Assembly: GCF_003334815.1 (NCBI RefSeq)
Contig: NZ_QOWO01000002.1
Origin: Escherichia coli
GTDB taxonomy: Bacteria; Pseudomonadota; Gammaproteobacteria; Enterobacterales; Enterobacteriaceae
Length of the DNA stretch: 64,000 nt
Direction: 5' to 3' (one strand)
The stretch's first letter is position 1. Every line of letters starts with the position of its first letter. A program made the position numbers and the translations under genes. Below the pieces are notes generated by a model. The model saw nothing but the letters and a program-made list of their open reading frames with translations, was not told where the DNA came from and did no database searches. Positions 10,983 to 24,467 of the stretch are shown in pieces.

Positions 10983-12704
10983 TTACAAACCCTGCTTGAA
11001 CTGGTAATAACGCCCCTGTCTGGCAAGCAGTTCTGCGTGAGTACCTTGCTCAATAATTTGCCCGTTGTCCATCACTATTATTTGTTGGAAACGAGAGAGT
11101 CCGCGAAGTCGATGGGTGACCATTAACACCGTTTTCTCACGCATCATTTCTGCAAGCAATTCAAGGATCTGGCTTTCGGTTGTGGCATCTAAGCCTTCGG
11201 TAGGTTCATCCAGCAACACCAGTGGCGCATCATGTAACAGCGCACGGGCGATAGCCAGACGGCGCAGTTCACCACCGGAGAGCTGGCGTCCGCCTTCACC
11301 TAACCAACTGTTGAGACCTGCATCCTCGAGCAGCTTTTCCAGGCCAACGCGACGCAAGATCTCCGACAGAGCCTCATCACTACTGCCAGGCGAGGCGAGT
11401 AAAAGATTATCACGCAGCGTGGCGCTAAACAGATGCACTCGCTGAGGAACAACGCTGATGGTCTGTCGTAGAGCCGCTTCATTCAGGCTGGCTATGGGGC
11501 TATCGTTAAGCAAAATCTCGCCCTGTTGCGGGTCCCATGCGCGGGTCAGCAGTTGTAACAGTGTTGATTTGCCGCATCCGGTTCGCCCGAGAATCGCTAT
11601 ATGTTCCCCGGCGTTTACCTGAAGAGAAATCCCTTTAAGTGCCTGTTGAGATTGCTCCGGATAAGTGAACTGAACATCCCGTAACGTCAGCGAAACGCGA
11701 TCGGCAACACGAGTTTGGGTATCAGGAAAGGTGACCTCCGGTTTTTGATCCGTTAAGTCAGAGATACGTACGGCAGAGGCAATGACTTGCCCCAGATGCT
11801 GAAATGCACCCGTTACTGGTGCCAGTGCTTCAAACGCGGCTAACGCGCAGAAGACAAACAGGGCAATTAACGCGCCGGGTTGAGCATTGCCGCCAACGCC
11901 GCCAGACGCCATCCACAGCATCAGGATCACCGCTAACGCGCCAATGAGCAGCATTATCGCTTGCGACAATGCGGTCAGTTCAGATTGACGGCGTTGCGCT
12001 TCCAGCCATTGAATTTCTGTATTCTCTAGTTGCGTGCGATAACGATCGCTGGCACCAAAAATGGTCAGCTCAGCTTGCCCTTGCAGCCAGGCCGTCAGTT
12101 GTTGGCGATACTGTCCGCGAAGATGAGTCAGATTTTGCCCGGTGCTTTTTCCCGCACGATAAAACAGCGGTGGCATCAAGAAAAGCGTCAGTAACATAAT
12201 GCCGCCCAGCGTAAAGGCGAGGGTGAAATCAAGGAAACTTAACCCGATTGTCACCACCATAATCACCACAAAAGCGCCCACCAGCGGCGAGATAACGCGC
12301 AGGTAAAGATGATCGAGCGTATCAACATCCGCCACCACGCGATTGAGCAATTCGCCCTGACGATAGCGCGCCAGTCCGGCAGGGGAGAGGGGCAGCAATT
12401 TGCTGAAGGTGTAAATGCGCAGATGCTGCAACACGCGGAAAGTCGCGTCGTGACTTACCAGACGTTCAAAATAGCGCCCGGCAGTACGGGTGATTGCTGC
12501 GCCACGCACGCCCGCAGCGGGTAGCATATAGTTGAAGCTGTACAGTCCGGCAACCCCCGCAACCGCTGAGGCCGAGAGGAACCAGCCGGAAAGTGTCAAC
12601 AGACCGATACTGGCGAGCAGCGTCACAATTGCCAGCACAATACCAAGACTTAACATCCATTTATGACGTTTATACAGTGCCAGATAGGGTAGCAAAGCGC
12701 GCAT
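10983..12704 (-). CDS. cydC: Glutathione/cysteine ABC exporter subunit CydC
   Basis: 573-aa ORF; TM domain plus C-terminal ABC ATPase (GRTGCGKST, LSGGELRR). Confidence 0.92.
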   Translation of the reverse strand: MRALLPYLALYKRHKWMLSLGIVLAIVTLLASIGLLTLSGWFLSASAVAGVAGLYSFNYMLPAAGVRGAAITRTAGRYFERLVSHDATFRVLQHLRIYTFSKLLPLSPAGLARYRQGELLNRVVADVDTLDHLYLRVISPLVGAFVVIMVVTIGLSFLDFTLAFTLGGIMLLTLFLMPPLFYRAGKSTGQNLTHLRGQYRQQLTAWLQGQAELTIFGASDRYRTQLENTEIQWLEAQRRQSELTALSQAIMLLIGALAVILMLWMASGGVGGNAQPGALIALFVFCALAAFEALAPVTGAFQHLGQVIASAVRISDLTDQKPEVTFPDTQTRVADRVSLTLRDVQFTYPEQSQQALKGISLQVNAGEHIAILGRTGCGKSTLLQLLTRAWDPQQGEILLNDSPIASLNEAALRQTISVVPQRVHLFSATLRDNLLLASPGSSDEALSEILRRVGLEKLLEDAGLNSWLGEGGRQLSGGELRRLAIARALLHDAPLVLLDEPTEGLDATTESQILELLAEMMREKTVLMVTHRLRGLSRFQQIIVMDNGQIIEQGTHAELLARQGRYYQFKQGL

Positions 12705-14471
12705 TTAAATCTCCTCCTGACGATGGGCCAGTAATGTGGCGAATGGGCCACCAGCCACACTTAATTCCGCGTAACGTCCTTGCTCAATAATCCGGCCATC
12801 CTGCATAACCCAAATGACATCCCAGTCAGCAAGATCTTCTAACTGGTGGGTGACCATTAACGTTGTCTGGCGCAGAGAGGCGGCATTCAGCGCCTCCATT
12901 ACGCGCTGTTCACTGTGAGCATCAAGGCTGGCAGCGGGTTCATCCAACAGTAATAGCGAACAGGGATTTAGTAACGCACGGGCCACCGCCACGCGCTGCG
13001 CCTGCCCCACGGAAAGGCGGGCAGCCTGGTCGCCAACAGGCGTATCAACGCCTTGTGGGAGGAGCGGTAGAAACTCGCTGACCCAGGCGTTATCCAGCGC
13101 TGCTTGTAATTCTTGTTCGCTGGCATCAGGTCGCGCCAGTAGTACGTTATCCCGCAATGTTGCTGCCGGTAATTGTGGGTTTTGCCCAACCCAGGAGAGA
13201 TGTTTACGCCATGATTCTGGTGATAAATCGCGTAATTCTATCCCGTTGATTCGTAGCGATCCCTGATATGAGAGAAAACCAGAAAGCGCGTTCAGCAGTG
13301 AGCTTTTACCTGAACCGCTGCGACCAACCAACACCGCACGTTGGCCTGCTGGCAAAGTAAAGTTCAGCGGTCCGGCCAGCGTTTTACCTTCCGGCGACGT
13401 GATAAACAGCTCCTCGGCCTCAATGGTCACCGGATCGGTCGATGCTAATTCCGCCTCACCACGTTGCGGATGGGCGAGCGGGGTTTCCATAAACGTTTTC
13501 AGACTGTCAGCTGCGCCAACAGCCTGGGCTTTAGCATGATAAAACGTACCGAGATCGCGTAATGGCTGGAAAAACTCTGGCGCAAGGATCAGGGCCAGAA
13601 AACCCGCAGCCAGCGTCACACCGGTATCGTAGTGACCAAAATCCAGCTCGCCGAGATAGGAAAAACCAAAGTAGACCGCCACCAGAGCAATTGACAGCGA
13701 GGTAAAAAATTCGAGAATGCCGGAGGATAAAAACGCCAGCCGTAGCACTTCCATTGTCCGTTGGCGGAAATCTTCCGAAGCAGAACGAATACTTTCAATT
13801 TCAGCTTCACCACGACCAAAAATACGCAATGTTTCCATGCCGCGCAGGCGATCGAGGAAATGCCCACTTAAGCGAGCAAGAGCGAGAAAGTTACGTCGGT
13901 TAGCATCGGCAGCCCCCATTCCAACCAGCGCCATAAACAACGGAATTAACGGTGCAGTGCCCAGCAGAATGAGCGCCGCAGCCCAGTTAGAGGGGAAGAT
14001 TGCCACCACAATCAGCAACGGCACCGACACTGCCAGCGCCATTTGCGGCAGATAGCGTGCATAGTAATCATGCATATCGTCAATTTGCTCGAGTACCAGC
14101 GTCGCCCAGCTCCCCGCAGGTTTACCCTGAATCCACGCTGGCCCTGCTTGTTGCAGACGGTCGAGAACCTGACGGCGGATGGCAAAGCGGATATGCTGCC
14201 CGGCGTGATAACCCACCCGTTCGCGTAACCAGACCACCCATGCGCGCAGTACAAAGGTCAGAACCAGTAACGTAAAGGGAAGCAGCAGGGCTTCACGGGG
14301 AATATTCTCCATAATCATATGTTGCAGAATTCGCGCCATGAACCAGGCCTGGGCAATGATCAATATGCCGCTCACAAAGCCCAGCAGACGAGAAATATTC
14401 AGCCAACGTTGGGAGATGACGCTTTGCTGTTTTAACCAGCGGGTTAACTCTTTTTGACGAGATTTATTCAT
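12705..14471 (-). CDS. cydD: Glutathione/cysteine ABC exporter subunit CydD
   Basis: 588-aa ORF; ABC exporter with GRSGSGKSS Walker A; abuts cydC. Confidence 0.92.
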   Translation of the reverse strand: MNKSRQKELTRWLKQQSVISQRWLNISRLLGFVSGILIIAQAWFMARILQHMIMENIPREALLLPFTLLVLTFVLRAWVVWLRERVGYHAGQHIRFAIRRQVLDRLQQAGPAWIQGKPAGSWATLVLEQIDDMHDYYARYLPQMALAVSVPLLIVVAIFPSNWAAALILLGTAPLIPLFMALVGMGAADANRRNFLALARLSGHFLDRLRGMETLRIFGRGEAEIESIRSASEDFRQRTMEVLRLAFLSSGILEFFTSLSIALVAVYFGFSYLGELDFGHYDTGVTLAAGFLALILAPEFFQPLRDLGTFYHAKAQAVGAADSLKTFMETPLAHPQRGEAELASTDPVTIEAEELFITSPEGKTLAGPLNFTLPAGQRAVLVGRSGSGKSSLLNALSGFLSYQGSLRINGIELRDLSPESWRKHLSWVGQNPQLPAATLRDNVLLARPDASEQELQAALDNAWVSEFLPLLPQGVDTPVGDQAARLSVGQAQRVAVARALLNPCSLLLLDEPAASLDAHSEQRVMEALNAASLRQTTLMVTHQLEDLADWDVIWVMQDGRIIEQGRYAELSVAGGPFATLLAHRQEEI

Positions 14472-14535
14472 TGCACGCTTAGCAGGTGAGTTATCAGAAT
14501 TATTTGCAGAGCAATGTTACAACGGGGAAAAAATA

Positions 14536-14566
14536 AAGGCGACCCATAGTCGCATGGTGTCGCCTT
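14536..14566 (-). terminator. Rho-independent terminator downstream of trxB
   Basis: Stem aaggcgac(ccat)...(atgg)tgtcgcctt with a T-run on the minus strand. Confidence 0.55.
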
Positions 14567-14593
14567 CTTTACTTTTGTTACTGATTTGTAAAA

Positions 14594-15676
<1,083 letters not shown>

Positions 15677-16103
15677 TCAAATTCTCCCGTCATTATCACC
15701 TCTGCTACTTAAATTTCCCGCTTTATAAGCCGATTAAATGATGAATAAACGCCCCTGTTAATGAATATCTGGCATGTTGTACTAAAAATCGATGTTTTGC
15801 TTTGACAATCCCCTGGTGTTTTGCGAAAACATTCGAGGAAGAAAAAAAACAGTATTCTTATATGCGCATAACCATGCATGTAAATACCATGTTTACCGTG
15901 CTAGTGAAATCTACGTATGGCGTGGACAGACGCCATTCGTGATGTCGATAGCTGCCACAAGGCAACGGTCTTCTCACCGTAGACCCAGGCATTGCGCGCC
16001 GTGAATCTTCATGATTTCGGTCTATCGTGACGGGTAGCGACTCTGAACAGTGATGTTTCAGGGTCAGACAGGAGTAGGGAAGGAATACAGAGAGACAATA
16101 ATA

Positions 16104-16598
16104 ATGGTAGATAGCAAGAAGCGCCCTGGCAAAGATCTCGACCGTATCGATCGTAACATTCTTAATGAGTTGCAAAAGGATGGGCGTATTTCTAACGTCG
16201 AGCTTTCTAAACGTGTGGGACTTTCCCCAACGCCGTGCCTTGAGCGTGTGCGTCGGCTGGAAAGACAAGGGTTTATTCAGGGCTATACGGCGCTGCTTAA
16301 CCCCCATTATCTGGATGCATCACTTCTGGTATTCGTTGAGATTACTCTGAATCGTGGCGCACCGGATGTGTTTGAACAATTCAATACCGCTGTACAAAAA
16401 CTTGAAGAAATTCAGGAGTGTCATTTAGTATCCGGTGATTTCGACTACCTGTTGAAAACACGCGTGCCGGATATGTCAGCCTACCGTAAGTTGCTGGGGG
16501 AAACCCTGCTGCGTCTGCCTGGCGTCAATGACACACGGACATACGTTGTTATGGAAGAAGTCAAGCAGAGTAATCGTCTGGTTATTAAGACGCGCTAA
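16104..16598 (+). CDS. lrp: Leucine-responsive regulatory protein Lrp
   Basis: ORF 16050..16598; start placed at MVDSKKRPGKDLDRIDRNIL (164 aa); AsnC/Lrp HTH. Confidence 0.95.
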   Translation: MVDSKKRPGKDLDRIDRNILNELQKDGRISNVELSKRVGLSPTPCLERVRRLERQGFIQGYTALLNPHYLDASLLVFVEITLNRGAPDVFEQFNTAVQKLEEIQECHLVSGDFDYLLKTRVPDMSAYRKLLGETLLRLPGVNDTRTYVVMEEVKQSNRLVIKTR

Positions 16599-16732
16599 CA
16601 CGGAACAGGTGCAAAATCGGCGTATTTTGATTACACTCCTGTTAATCCATACAGCAACAGTACTGGGGTAACCTGGTACTGTTGTCCGTTTTAGCATCGG
16701 GCAGGAAAAGCCTGTAACCTGGAGAGCCTTTC

Positions 16733-19700
16733 TTGAGCCAGGAATACACTGAAGACAAAGAAGTCACATTGACAAAGTTAAGTAGCGGCCGCCGCCTTCT
16801 GGAGGCGTTGCTGATCCTTATTGTCCTGTTTGCCGTCTGGTTGATGGCTGCCTTACTAAGCTTTAACCCTTCGGACCCCAGCTGGTCGCAAACGGCCTGG
16901 CATGAACCTATCCATAATTTAGGTGGGATGCCCGGTGCGTGGTTGGCAGATACGCTGTTCTTTATTTTTGGCGTGATGGCTTACACCATTCCCGTCATTA
17001 TTGTCGGCGGTTGTTGGTTTGCCTGGCGTCATCAGTCCAGCGACGAATACATTGATTATTTTGCCGTTTCGCTACGCATCATTGGCGTTTTGGCGCTCAT
17101 CCTTACCTCCTGTGGTCTGGCGGCAATCAACGCTGACGATATCTGGTATTTTGCCTCCGGTGGCGTCATTGGCAGCTTACTAAGCACTACGCTACAACCA
17201 CTGCTACACAGTAGCGGGGGAACTATTGCGCTGCTCTGCGTTTGGGCAGCGGGCCTGACGTTGTTCACCGGTTGGTCATGGGTGACCATTGCTGAAAAAC
17301 TCGGCGGCTGGATTTTAAACATTCTCACCTTCGCCAGTAATCGTACCCGTCGCGATGATACCTGGGTCGATGAAGATGAGTATGAAGACGACGAAGAGTA
17401 TGAAGATGAAAATCACGGCAAACAGCATGAATCACGCCGTGCCCGTATTCTTCGCGGCGCGCTAGCGCGTCGTAAACGGTTGGCGGAAAAATTCATTAAT
17501 CCGATGGGGCGGCAAACAGACGCTGCGTTGTTCTCCGGTAAGCGGATGGATGATGACGAAGAGATTACCTACACTGCACGCGGTGTGGCTGCCGACCCGG
17601 ACGACGTCCTATTTTCGGGCAATCGTGCAACGCAGCCAGAATATGACGAATACGATCCATTATTAAACGGTGCGCCAATTACCGAACCTGTCGCTGTAGC
17701 AGCTGCTGCTACCACGGCGACACAAAGCTGGGCTGCGCCGGTTGAACCTGTGACTCAGACGCCGCCTGTTGCCTCTGTTGATGTTCCACCTGCGCAACCT
17801 ACAGTAGCCTGGCAGCCTGTACCGGGTCCACAAACGGGAGAGCCGGTTATTGCTCCTGCACCGGAAGGTTACCCACAGCAGTCACAATATGCGCAGCCTG
17901 CAGTGCAATATAATGAGCCGCTGCAACAACCAGTACAGCCGCAGCAGCCGTATTATGCACCTGCAGCTGAACAACCTGCGCAACAGCCGTATTATGCCCC
18001 TGCGCCAGAACAACCGGTGGCAGGTAACGCCTGGCAAGCCGAAGAGCAGCAATCCACTTTTGCTCCACAGTCTACATACCAGACTGAGCAAACTTATCAG
18101 CAGCCAGCCGCTCAGGAGCCGTTGTACCAACAGCCGCAACCCGTTGAACAGCAGCCTGTTGTGGAGCCTGAACCCGTTGTAGAAGAGACAAAACCCGCGC
18201 GTCCGCCGCTTTACTACTTTGAAGAAGTTGAAGAGAAGCGAGCCCGTGAACGTGAACAACTTGCGGCCTGGTATCAACCGATTCCAGAACCGGTTAAAGA
18301 ACCAGAACCGATCAAATCTTCGCTGAAAGCACCTTCTGTTGCAGCAGTACCTCCAGTAGAAGCCGCTGCCGCTGTTTCCCCGCTGGCATCTGGCGTGAAA
18401 AAAGCGACACTGGCGACGGGGGCTGCCGCAACCGTTGCCGCGCCAGTCTTCAGTCTGGCAAATAGCGGTGGACCGCGTCCTCAGGTCAAAGAGGGGATTG
18501 GTCCGCAGTTGCCACGACCGAAACGTATCCGCGTGCCAACTCGTCGTGAACTGGCGTCTTACGGTATTAAGCTGCCCTCACAGCGTGCGGCGGAAGAAAA
18601 AGCCCGTGAAGCCCAGCGCAATCAGTACGATTCTGGCGATCAGTACAACGATGATGAAATCGATGCGATGCAGCAGGATGAACTGGCACGTCAGTTCGCC
18701 CAGACACAGCAGCAACGCTATGGCGAACAGTATCAACATGATGTGCCCGTAAACGCAGAAGATGCAGATGCTGCGGCAGAGGCTGAACTGGCTCGTCAGT
18801 TTGCGCAAACTCAACAACAACGTTATTCCGGCGAACAACCGGCTGGGGCGAATCCGTTCTCGCTGGATGATTTTGAATTTTCGCCAATGAAAGCGTTGCT
18901 GGATGATGGTCCACACGAACCGTTGTTTACGCCAATTGTTGAACCTGTACAGCAGCCGCAACAACCGGTTGCACCGCAGCAGCAATATCAGCAGCCGCAA
19001 CAACCAGTTCCGCCGCAGCCGCAGTATCAGCAGCCACAACAGCCGGTTGCGCCGCAGCCACAATATCAGCAGCCGCAACAACCGGTTGCGCCACAGCAGC
19101 AATATCAGCAGCCGCAACAACCGGTTGCGCCGCAGCAGCAGTATCAGCAGCCACAACAGCCAGTTGCGCCACAACCGCAGGATACCCTGCTTCATCCGCT
19201 GTTGATGCGTAATGGCGACAGCCGTCCGTTGCATAAACCGACGACGCCGCTGCCTTCTCTGGATTTGCTGACACCGCCGCCGAGCGAAGTGGAGCCGGTA
19301 GATACCTTTGCGCTTGAACAAATGGCTCGCCTGGTGGAAGCGCGTCTGGCTGATTTCCGTATTAAAGCCGATGTCGTCAATTACTCTCCGGGGCCGGTTA
19401 TCACTCGCTTTGAATTGAACCTGGCACCGGGCGTAAAAGCGGCGCGCATTTCTAACTTGTCACGGGACCTTGCCCGTTCACTTTCGACGGTGGCGGTGCG
19501 TGTCGTTGAAGTTATTCCTGGCAAACCCTATGTAGGTCTGGAGTTACCGAATAAAAAACGACAAACCGTTTATCTGCGCGAAGTTTTGGATAACGCCAAA
19601 TTCCGCGATAATCCGTCGCCATTAACCGTGGTGCTGGGTAAAGATATCGCCGGTGAGCCGGTGGTTGCCGATCTGGCGAAAATGCCGCACTTGTTGGTTG

Positions 19701-20722
19701 CGGGGACTACCGGTTCCGGTAAATCTGTCGGTGTGAACGCGATGATCCTGAGCATGCTTTATAAAGCACAGCCAGAAGATGTGCGTTTCATCATGATCGA
19801 CCCGAAAATGCTGGAGCTTTCGGTTTATGAAGGCATTCCGCATCTGTTAACGGAAGTCGTTACTGATATGAAAGATGCCGCCAACGCGCTGCGCTGGTGT
19901 GTTAACGAGATGGAGCGTCGGTATAAACTGATGTCTGCGCTGGGTGTGCGTAATCTGGCGGGTTATAACGAAAAAATTGCTGAAGCCGATCGCATGATGC
20001 GTCCGATTCCAGACCCGTACTGGAAGCCGGGTGACAGTATGGATGCCCAGCATCCGGTGCTGAAAAAAGAACCATACATTGTGGTGTTGGTTGACGAATT
20101 TGCCGACCTGATGATGACGGTAGGTAAAAAAGTGGAAGAGCTGATAGCACGTCTGGCGCAAAAAGCCCGTGCCGCGGGTATCCACCTCGTACTGGCAACT
20201 CAGCGTCCATCGGTTGATGTTATTACTGGTCTGATTAAAGCGAATATTCCGACCCGTATCGCCTTTACCGTATCCAGTAAGATTGACTCACGTACCATTC
20301 TTGATCAGGCTGGCGCGGAATCACTGCTGGGTATGGGGGATATGCTCTACTCTGGGCCGAACTCCACGTTGCCGGTACGTGTCCATGGTGCTTTTGTTCG
20401 CGATCAGGAAGTTCATGCCGTGGTGCAGGACTGGAAAGCGCGTGGTCGCCCACAGTATGTTGATGGCATCACCTCCGACAGCGAAAGCGAAGGTGGTGCG
20501 GGTGGTTTCGATGGCGCTGAAGAACTGGATCCGTTGTTCGATCAGGCGGTGCAGTTTGTCACTGAAAAACGCAAAGCGTCAATTTCTGGCGTACAGCGTC
20601 AGTTCCGCATTGGTTATAACCGTGCAGCGCGTATTATCGAACAGATGGAAGCGCAGGGGATTGTCAGCGAACAGGGGCACAACGGTAATCGTGAAGTGCT
20701 GGCCCCACCGCCGTTTGACTAA
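16733..20722 (+). CDS. ftsK: DNA translocase FtsK (N-terminal membrane domain, PQ-rich linker, C-terminal motor and gamma domain)
   Basis: 1329-aa ORF starting at TTG 16733; Walker A GTTGSGKS; long Pro/Gln-rich linker. Confidence 0.95.
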   Translation: MSQEYTEDKEVTLTKLSSGRRLLEALLILIVLFAVWLMAALLSFNPSDPSWSQTAWHEPIHNLGGMPGAWLADTLFFIFGVMAYTIPVIIVGGCWFAWRHQSSDEYIDYFAVSLRIIGVLALILTSCGLAAINADDIWYFASGGVIGSLLSTTLQPLLHSSGGTIALLCVWAAGLTLFTGWSWVTIAEKLGGWILNILTFASNRTRRDDTWVDEDEYEDDEEYEDENHGKQHESRRARILRGALARRKRLAEKFINPMGRQTDAALFSGKRMDDDEEITYTARGVAADPDDVLFSGNRATQPEYDEYDPLLNGAPITEPVAVAAAATTATQSWAAPVEPVTQTPPVASVDVPPAQPTVAWQPVPGPQTGEPVIAPAPEGYPQQSQYAQPAVQYNEPLQQPVQPQQPYYAPAAEQPAQQPYYAPAPEQPVAGNAWQAEEQQSTFAPQSTYQTEQTYQQPAAQEPLYQQPQPVEQQPVVEPEPVVEETKPARPPLYYFEEVEEKRAREREQLAAWYQPIPEPVKEPEPIKSSLKAPSVAAVPPVEAAAAVSPLASGVKKATLATGAAATVAAPVFSLANSGGPRPQVKEGIGPQLPRPKRIRVPTRRELASYGIKLPSQRAAEEKAREAQRNQYDSGDQYNDDEIDAMQQDELARQFAQTQQQRYGEQYQHDVPVNAEDADAAAEAELARQFAQTQQQRYSGEQPAGANPFSLDDFEFSPMKALLDDGPHEPLFTPIVEPVQQPQQPVAPQQQYQQPQQPVPPQPQYQQPQQPVAPQPQYQQPQQPVAPQQQYQQPQQPVAPQQQYQQPQQPVAPQPQDTLLHPLLMRNGDSRPLHKPTTPLPSLDLLTPPPSEVEPVDTFALEQMARLVEARLADFRIKADVVNYSPGPVITRFELNLAPGVKAARISNLSRDLARSLSTVAVRVVEVIPGKPYVGLELPNKKRQTVYLREVLDNAKFRDNPSPLTVVLGKDIAGEPVVADLAKMPHLLVAGTTGSGKSVGVNAMILSMLYKAQPEDVRFIMIDPKMLELSVYEGIPHLLTEVVTDMKDAANALRWCVNEMERRYKLMSALGVRNLAGYNEKIAEADRMMRPIPDPYWKPGDSMDAQHPVLKKEPYIVVLVDEFADLMMTVGKKVEELIARLAQKARAAGIHLVLATQRPSVDVITGLIKANIPTRIAFTVSSKIDSRTILDQAGAESLLGMGDMLYSGPNSTLPVRVHGAFVRDQEVHAVVQDWKARGRPQYVDGITSDSESEGGAGGFDGAEELDPLFDQAVQFVTEKRKASISGVQRQFRIGYNRAARIIEQMEAQGIVSEQGHNGNREVLAPPPFD
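18949..19182 (+). repeat. In-frame tandem repeat in the FtsK linker, about 6 copies of a 39-bp unit encoding [10 protein letters not shown](Q/P)QY
   Basis: Direct repetition of cagcagccgcaacaaccggttgcgccgcagcagcaatat with minor variants. Confidence 0.85.
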
Positions 20723-20736
20723 CTAATGCATCGTAT

Positions 20737-20768
20737 GCCGGATAAGGCGCGGTAGCGTCGCATCCGGC
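20737..20768. repeat. REP (repetitive extragenic palindromic) element downstream of ftsK
   Basis: gccggataaggcg-cggtagc-gtcgcatccggc imperfect palindrome typical of E. coli REP units. Confidence 0.6.
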
Positions 20769-20880
20769 ACTCTATCAACTGAAAATTCAGTATTTTCTTC
20801 TTTCCTCAAGCTGATTATTAGCCTGGAATAGAGAGTAGAGGGAACTCCCGATCGGGAGTGACGTAATTTGAGGAATAATG

Positions 20881-21492
20881 ATGAAAAAAATTGCCATCAC
20901 CTGTGCATTACTCTCAAGCTTAGTAGCAAGCAGCGTTTGGGCTGATGCCGCAAGCGATCTGAAAAGCCGCCTGGATAAAGTCAGCAGCTTCCACGCCAGC
21001 TTCACACAAAAAGTGACTGACGGTAGCGGCGCGGCGGTGCAGGAAGGTCAGGGCGATCTGTGGGTGAAACGTCCAAACTTATTCAACTGGCATATGACAC
21101 AACCTGATGAAAGCATTCTGGTTTCTGACGGTAAAACACTGTGGTTCTATAACCCGTTCGTTGAGCAAGCTACGGCAACCTGGCTGAAAGATGCCACCGG
21201 TAATACGCCGTTTATGCTGATTGCCCGCAACCAGTCCAGCGACTGGCAGCAGTACAATATCAAACAGAATGGCGATGACTTTGTCCTGACGCCGAAAGCC
21301 AGCAATGGCAATCTGAAGCAGTTCACCATTAACGTGGGACGTGATGGCACAATCCATCAGTTTAGCGCGGTGGAGCAGGACGATCAGCGCAGCAGTTATC
21401 AACTGAAATCCCAGCAAAATGGGGCTGTGGATGCAGCGAAATTTACCTTCACCCCGCCGCAAGGCGTCACGGTAGATGATCAACGTAAGTAG
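20881..21492 (+). CDS. lolA: Periplasmic lipoprotein chaperone LolA
   Basis: ORF 20878..21492; signal peptide [21 protein letters not shown]; start at second Met (203 aa). Confidence 0.9.
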
Positions 21493-21502
21493 AGGCACCT
21501 GA

Positions 21503-22846
21503 GTGAGCAATCTGTCGCTCGATTTTTCGGATAATACTTTTCAACCTCTGGCCGCGCGTATGCGGCCAGAAAATTTAGCACAGTATATCGGCCAGCAACA
21601 TTTGCTGGCTGCGGGGAAGCCGTTGCCGCGCGCTATCGAAGCCGGGCATTTACATTCTATGATCCTCTGGGGGCCGCCGGGTACCGGCAAAACAACTCTC
21701 GCTGAAGTGATTGCCCGCTATGCGAACGCTGATGTGGAACGTATTTCTGCCGTCACCTCTGGCGTGAAAGAGATTCGCGAGGCGATCGAGCGCGCCCGGC
21801 AAAACCGCAATGAAGGTCGCCGCACTATTCTTTTTGTTGACGAAGTTCACCGTTTCAACAAAAGCCAGCAGGATGCATTTCTGCCACATATTGAAGACGG
21901 CACCATCACTTTTATTGGCGCAACCACTGAAAACCCGTCGTTTGAGCTTAATTCGGCACTGCTTTCCCGTGCCCGTGTCTATCTGTTGAAATCCCTGAGT
22001 ACAGAGGATATTGAGCAAGTACTAACTCAGGCGATGGAAGACAAAACCCGTGGCTATGGTGGTCAGGATATTGTTCTGCCAGATGAAACACGACGCGCCA
22101 TTGCTGAACTGGTGAATGGCGACGCGCGCCGGGCGTTAAATACGCTGGAAATGATGGCGGATATGGCCGAAGTCGATGATAGCGGTAAGCGGGTCCTGAA
22201 GCCTGAATTACTGACCGAAATCGCCGGTGAACGTAGCGCCCGCTTTGATAACAAAGGCGATCGCTTTTACGATCTGATTTCCGCACTGCATAAGTCGGTA
22301 CGTGGTAGCGCACCCGATGCGGCGCTGTACTGGTATGCGCGAATTATTACCGCTGGTGGCGATCCGTTATATGTCGCGCGTCGCTGTCTGGCGATTGCGT
22401 CTGAAGACGTCGGTAATGCCGATCCACGGGCGATGCAGGTGGCAATTGCGGCCTGGGATTGCTTTACTCGCGTTGGCCCGGCGGAAGGTGAACGCGCCAT
22501 TGCTCAGGCGATTGTTTACCTGGCCTGCGCGCCAAAAAGCAACGCTGTCTACACTGCGTTTAAAGCCGCGCTGGCCGATGCTCGCGAACGCCCGGATTAT
22601 GACGTGCCGGTTCATTTGCGTAATGCGCCGACGAAATTAATGAAGGAAATGGGCTACGGGCAGGAATATCGTTACGCTCATGATGAAGCAAACGCTTATG
22701 CTGCCGGTGAGGTTTACTTCCCGCCGGAAATAGCACAAACACGCTATTATTTCCCGACAAACAGGGGCCTTGAAGGCAAGATTGGCGAAAAGCTCGCCTG
22801 GCTGGCTGAACAGGATCAAAATAGCCCCATAAAACGCTACCGTTAA
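21503..22846 (+). CDS. rarA: Replication-associated recombination protein RarA (MgsA), AAA+ ATPase
   Basis: 447-aa ORF with GTG start; Walker [10 protein letters not shown]; recognised as RarA/YcaJ. Confidence 0.92.
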   Translation: MSNLSLDFSDNTFQPLAARMRPENLAQYIGQQHLLAAGKPLPRAIEAGHLHSMILWGPPGTGKTTLAEVIARYANADVERISAVTSGVKEIREAIERARQNRNEGRRTILFVDEVHRFNKSQQDAFLPHIEDGTITFIGATTENPSFELNSALLSRARVYLLKSLSTEDIEQVLTQAMEDKTRGYGGQDIVLPDETRRAIAELVNGDARRALNTLEMMADMAEVDDSGKRVLKPELLTEIAGERSARFDNKGDRFYDLISALHKSVRGSAPDAALYWYARIITAGGDPLYVARRCLAIASEDVGNADPRAMQVAIAAWDCFTRVGPAEGERAIAQAIVYLACAPKSNAVYTAFKAALADARERPDYDVPVHLRNAPTKLMKEMGYGQEYRYAHDEANAYAAGEVYFPPEIAQTRYYFPTNRGLEGKIGEKLAWLAEQDQNSPIKRYR

Positions 22847-22915
22847 TGTTATCGTTGCGGTAATGTTGTTACTGTATCCCTGTGGTCGCAGGCTGTGGCC
22901 ACATCTCCCATTTAA

Positions 22916-24229
<1,314 letters not shown>

Positions 24230-24249
24230 TACCCAATTTTTCTGAATCT

Positions 24250-24277
24250 AAAAAGCGCCTGCGGGCGCTTTTTTTGT
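24250..24277 (+). terminator. Rho-independent terminator of serS
   Basis: aaaaagcgcc-tgcg-ggcgc followed by TTTTTTTG. Confidence 0.7.
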
Positions 24278-24467
24278 CTCCCTTTGATACCGAACAATAA
24301 TTACTCCTCACTTACACGTAATACTACTTTCGAGTGAAAATCTACCTATCTCTTTGATTTTCAAATTATTCGATGTATACAAGCCTATATAGCGAACTGC
24401 TATAGAAATAATTACACAATACGGTTTGTTACTGGAATCAATCGTGAGCAAGCTTGAGTGAGCCATT

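Noticed and set aside
17847-19321. Several 100-250-aa ORFs in both strands within the ftsK linker
   Set aside because: These arise from the repetitive Pro/Gln-rich coding repeats of ftsK; the ftsK frame is continuous for 1329 aa.
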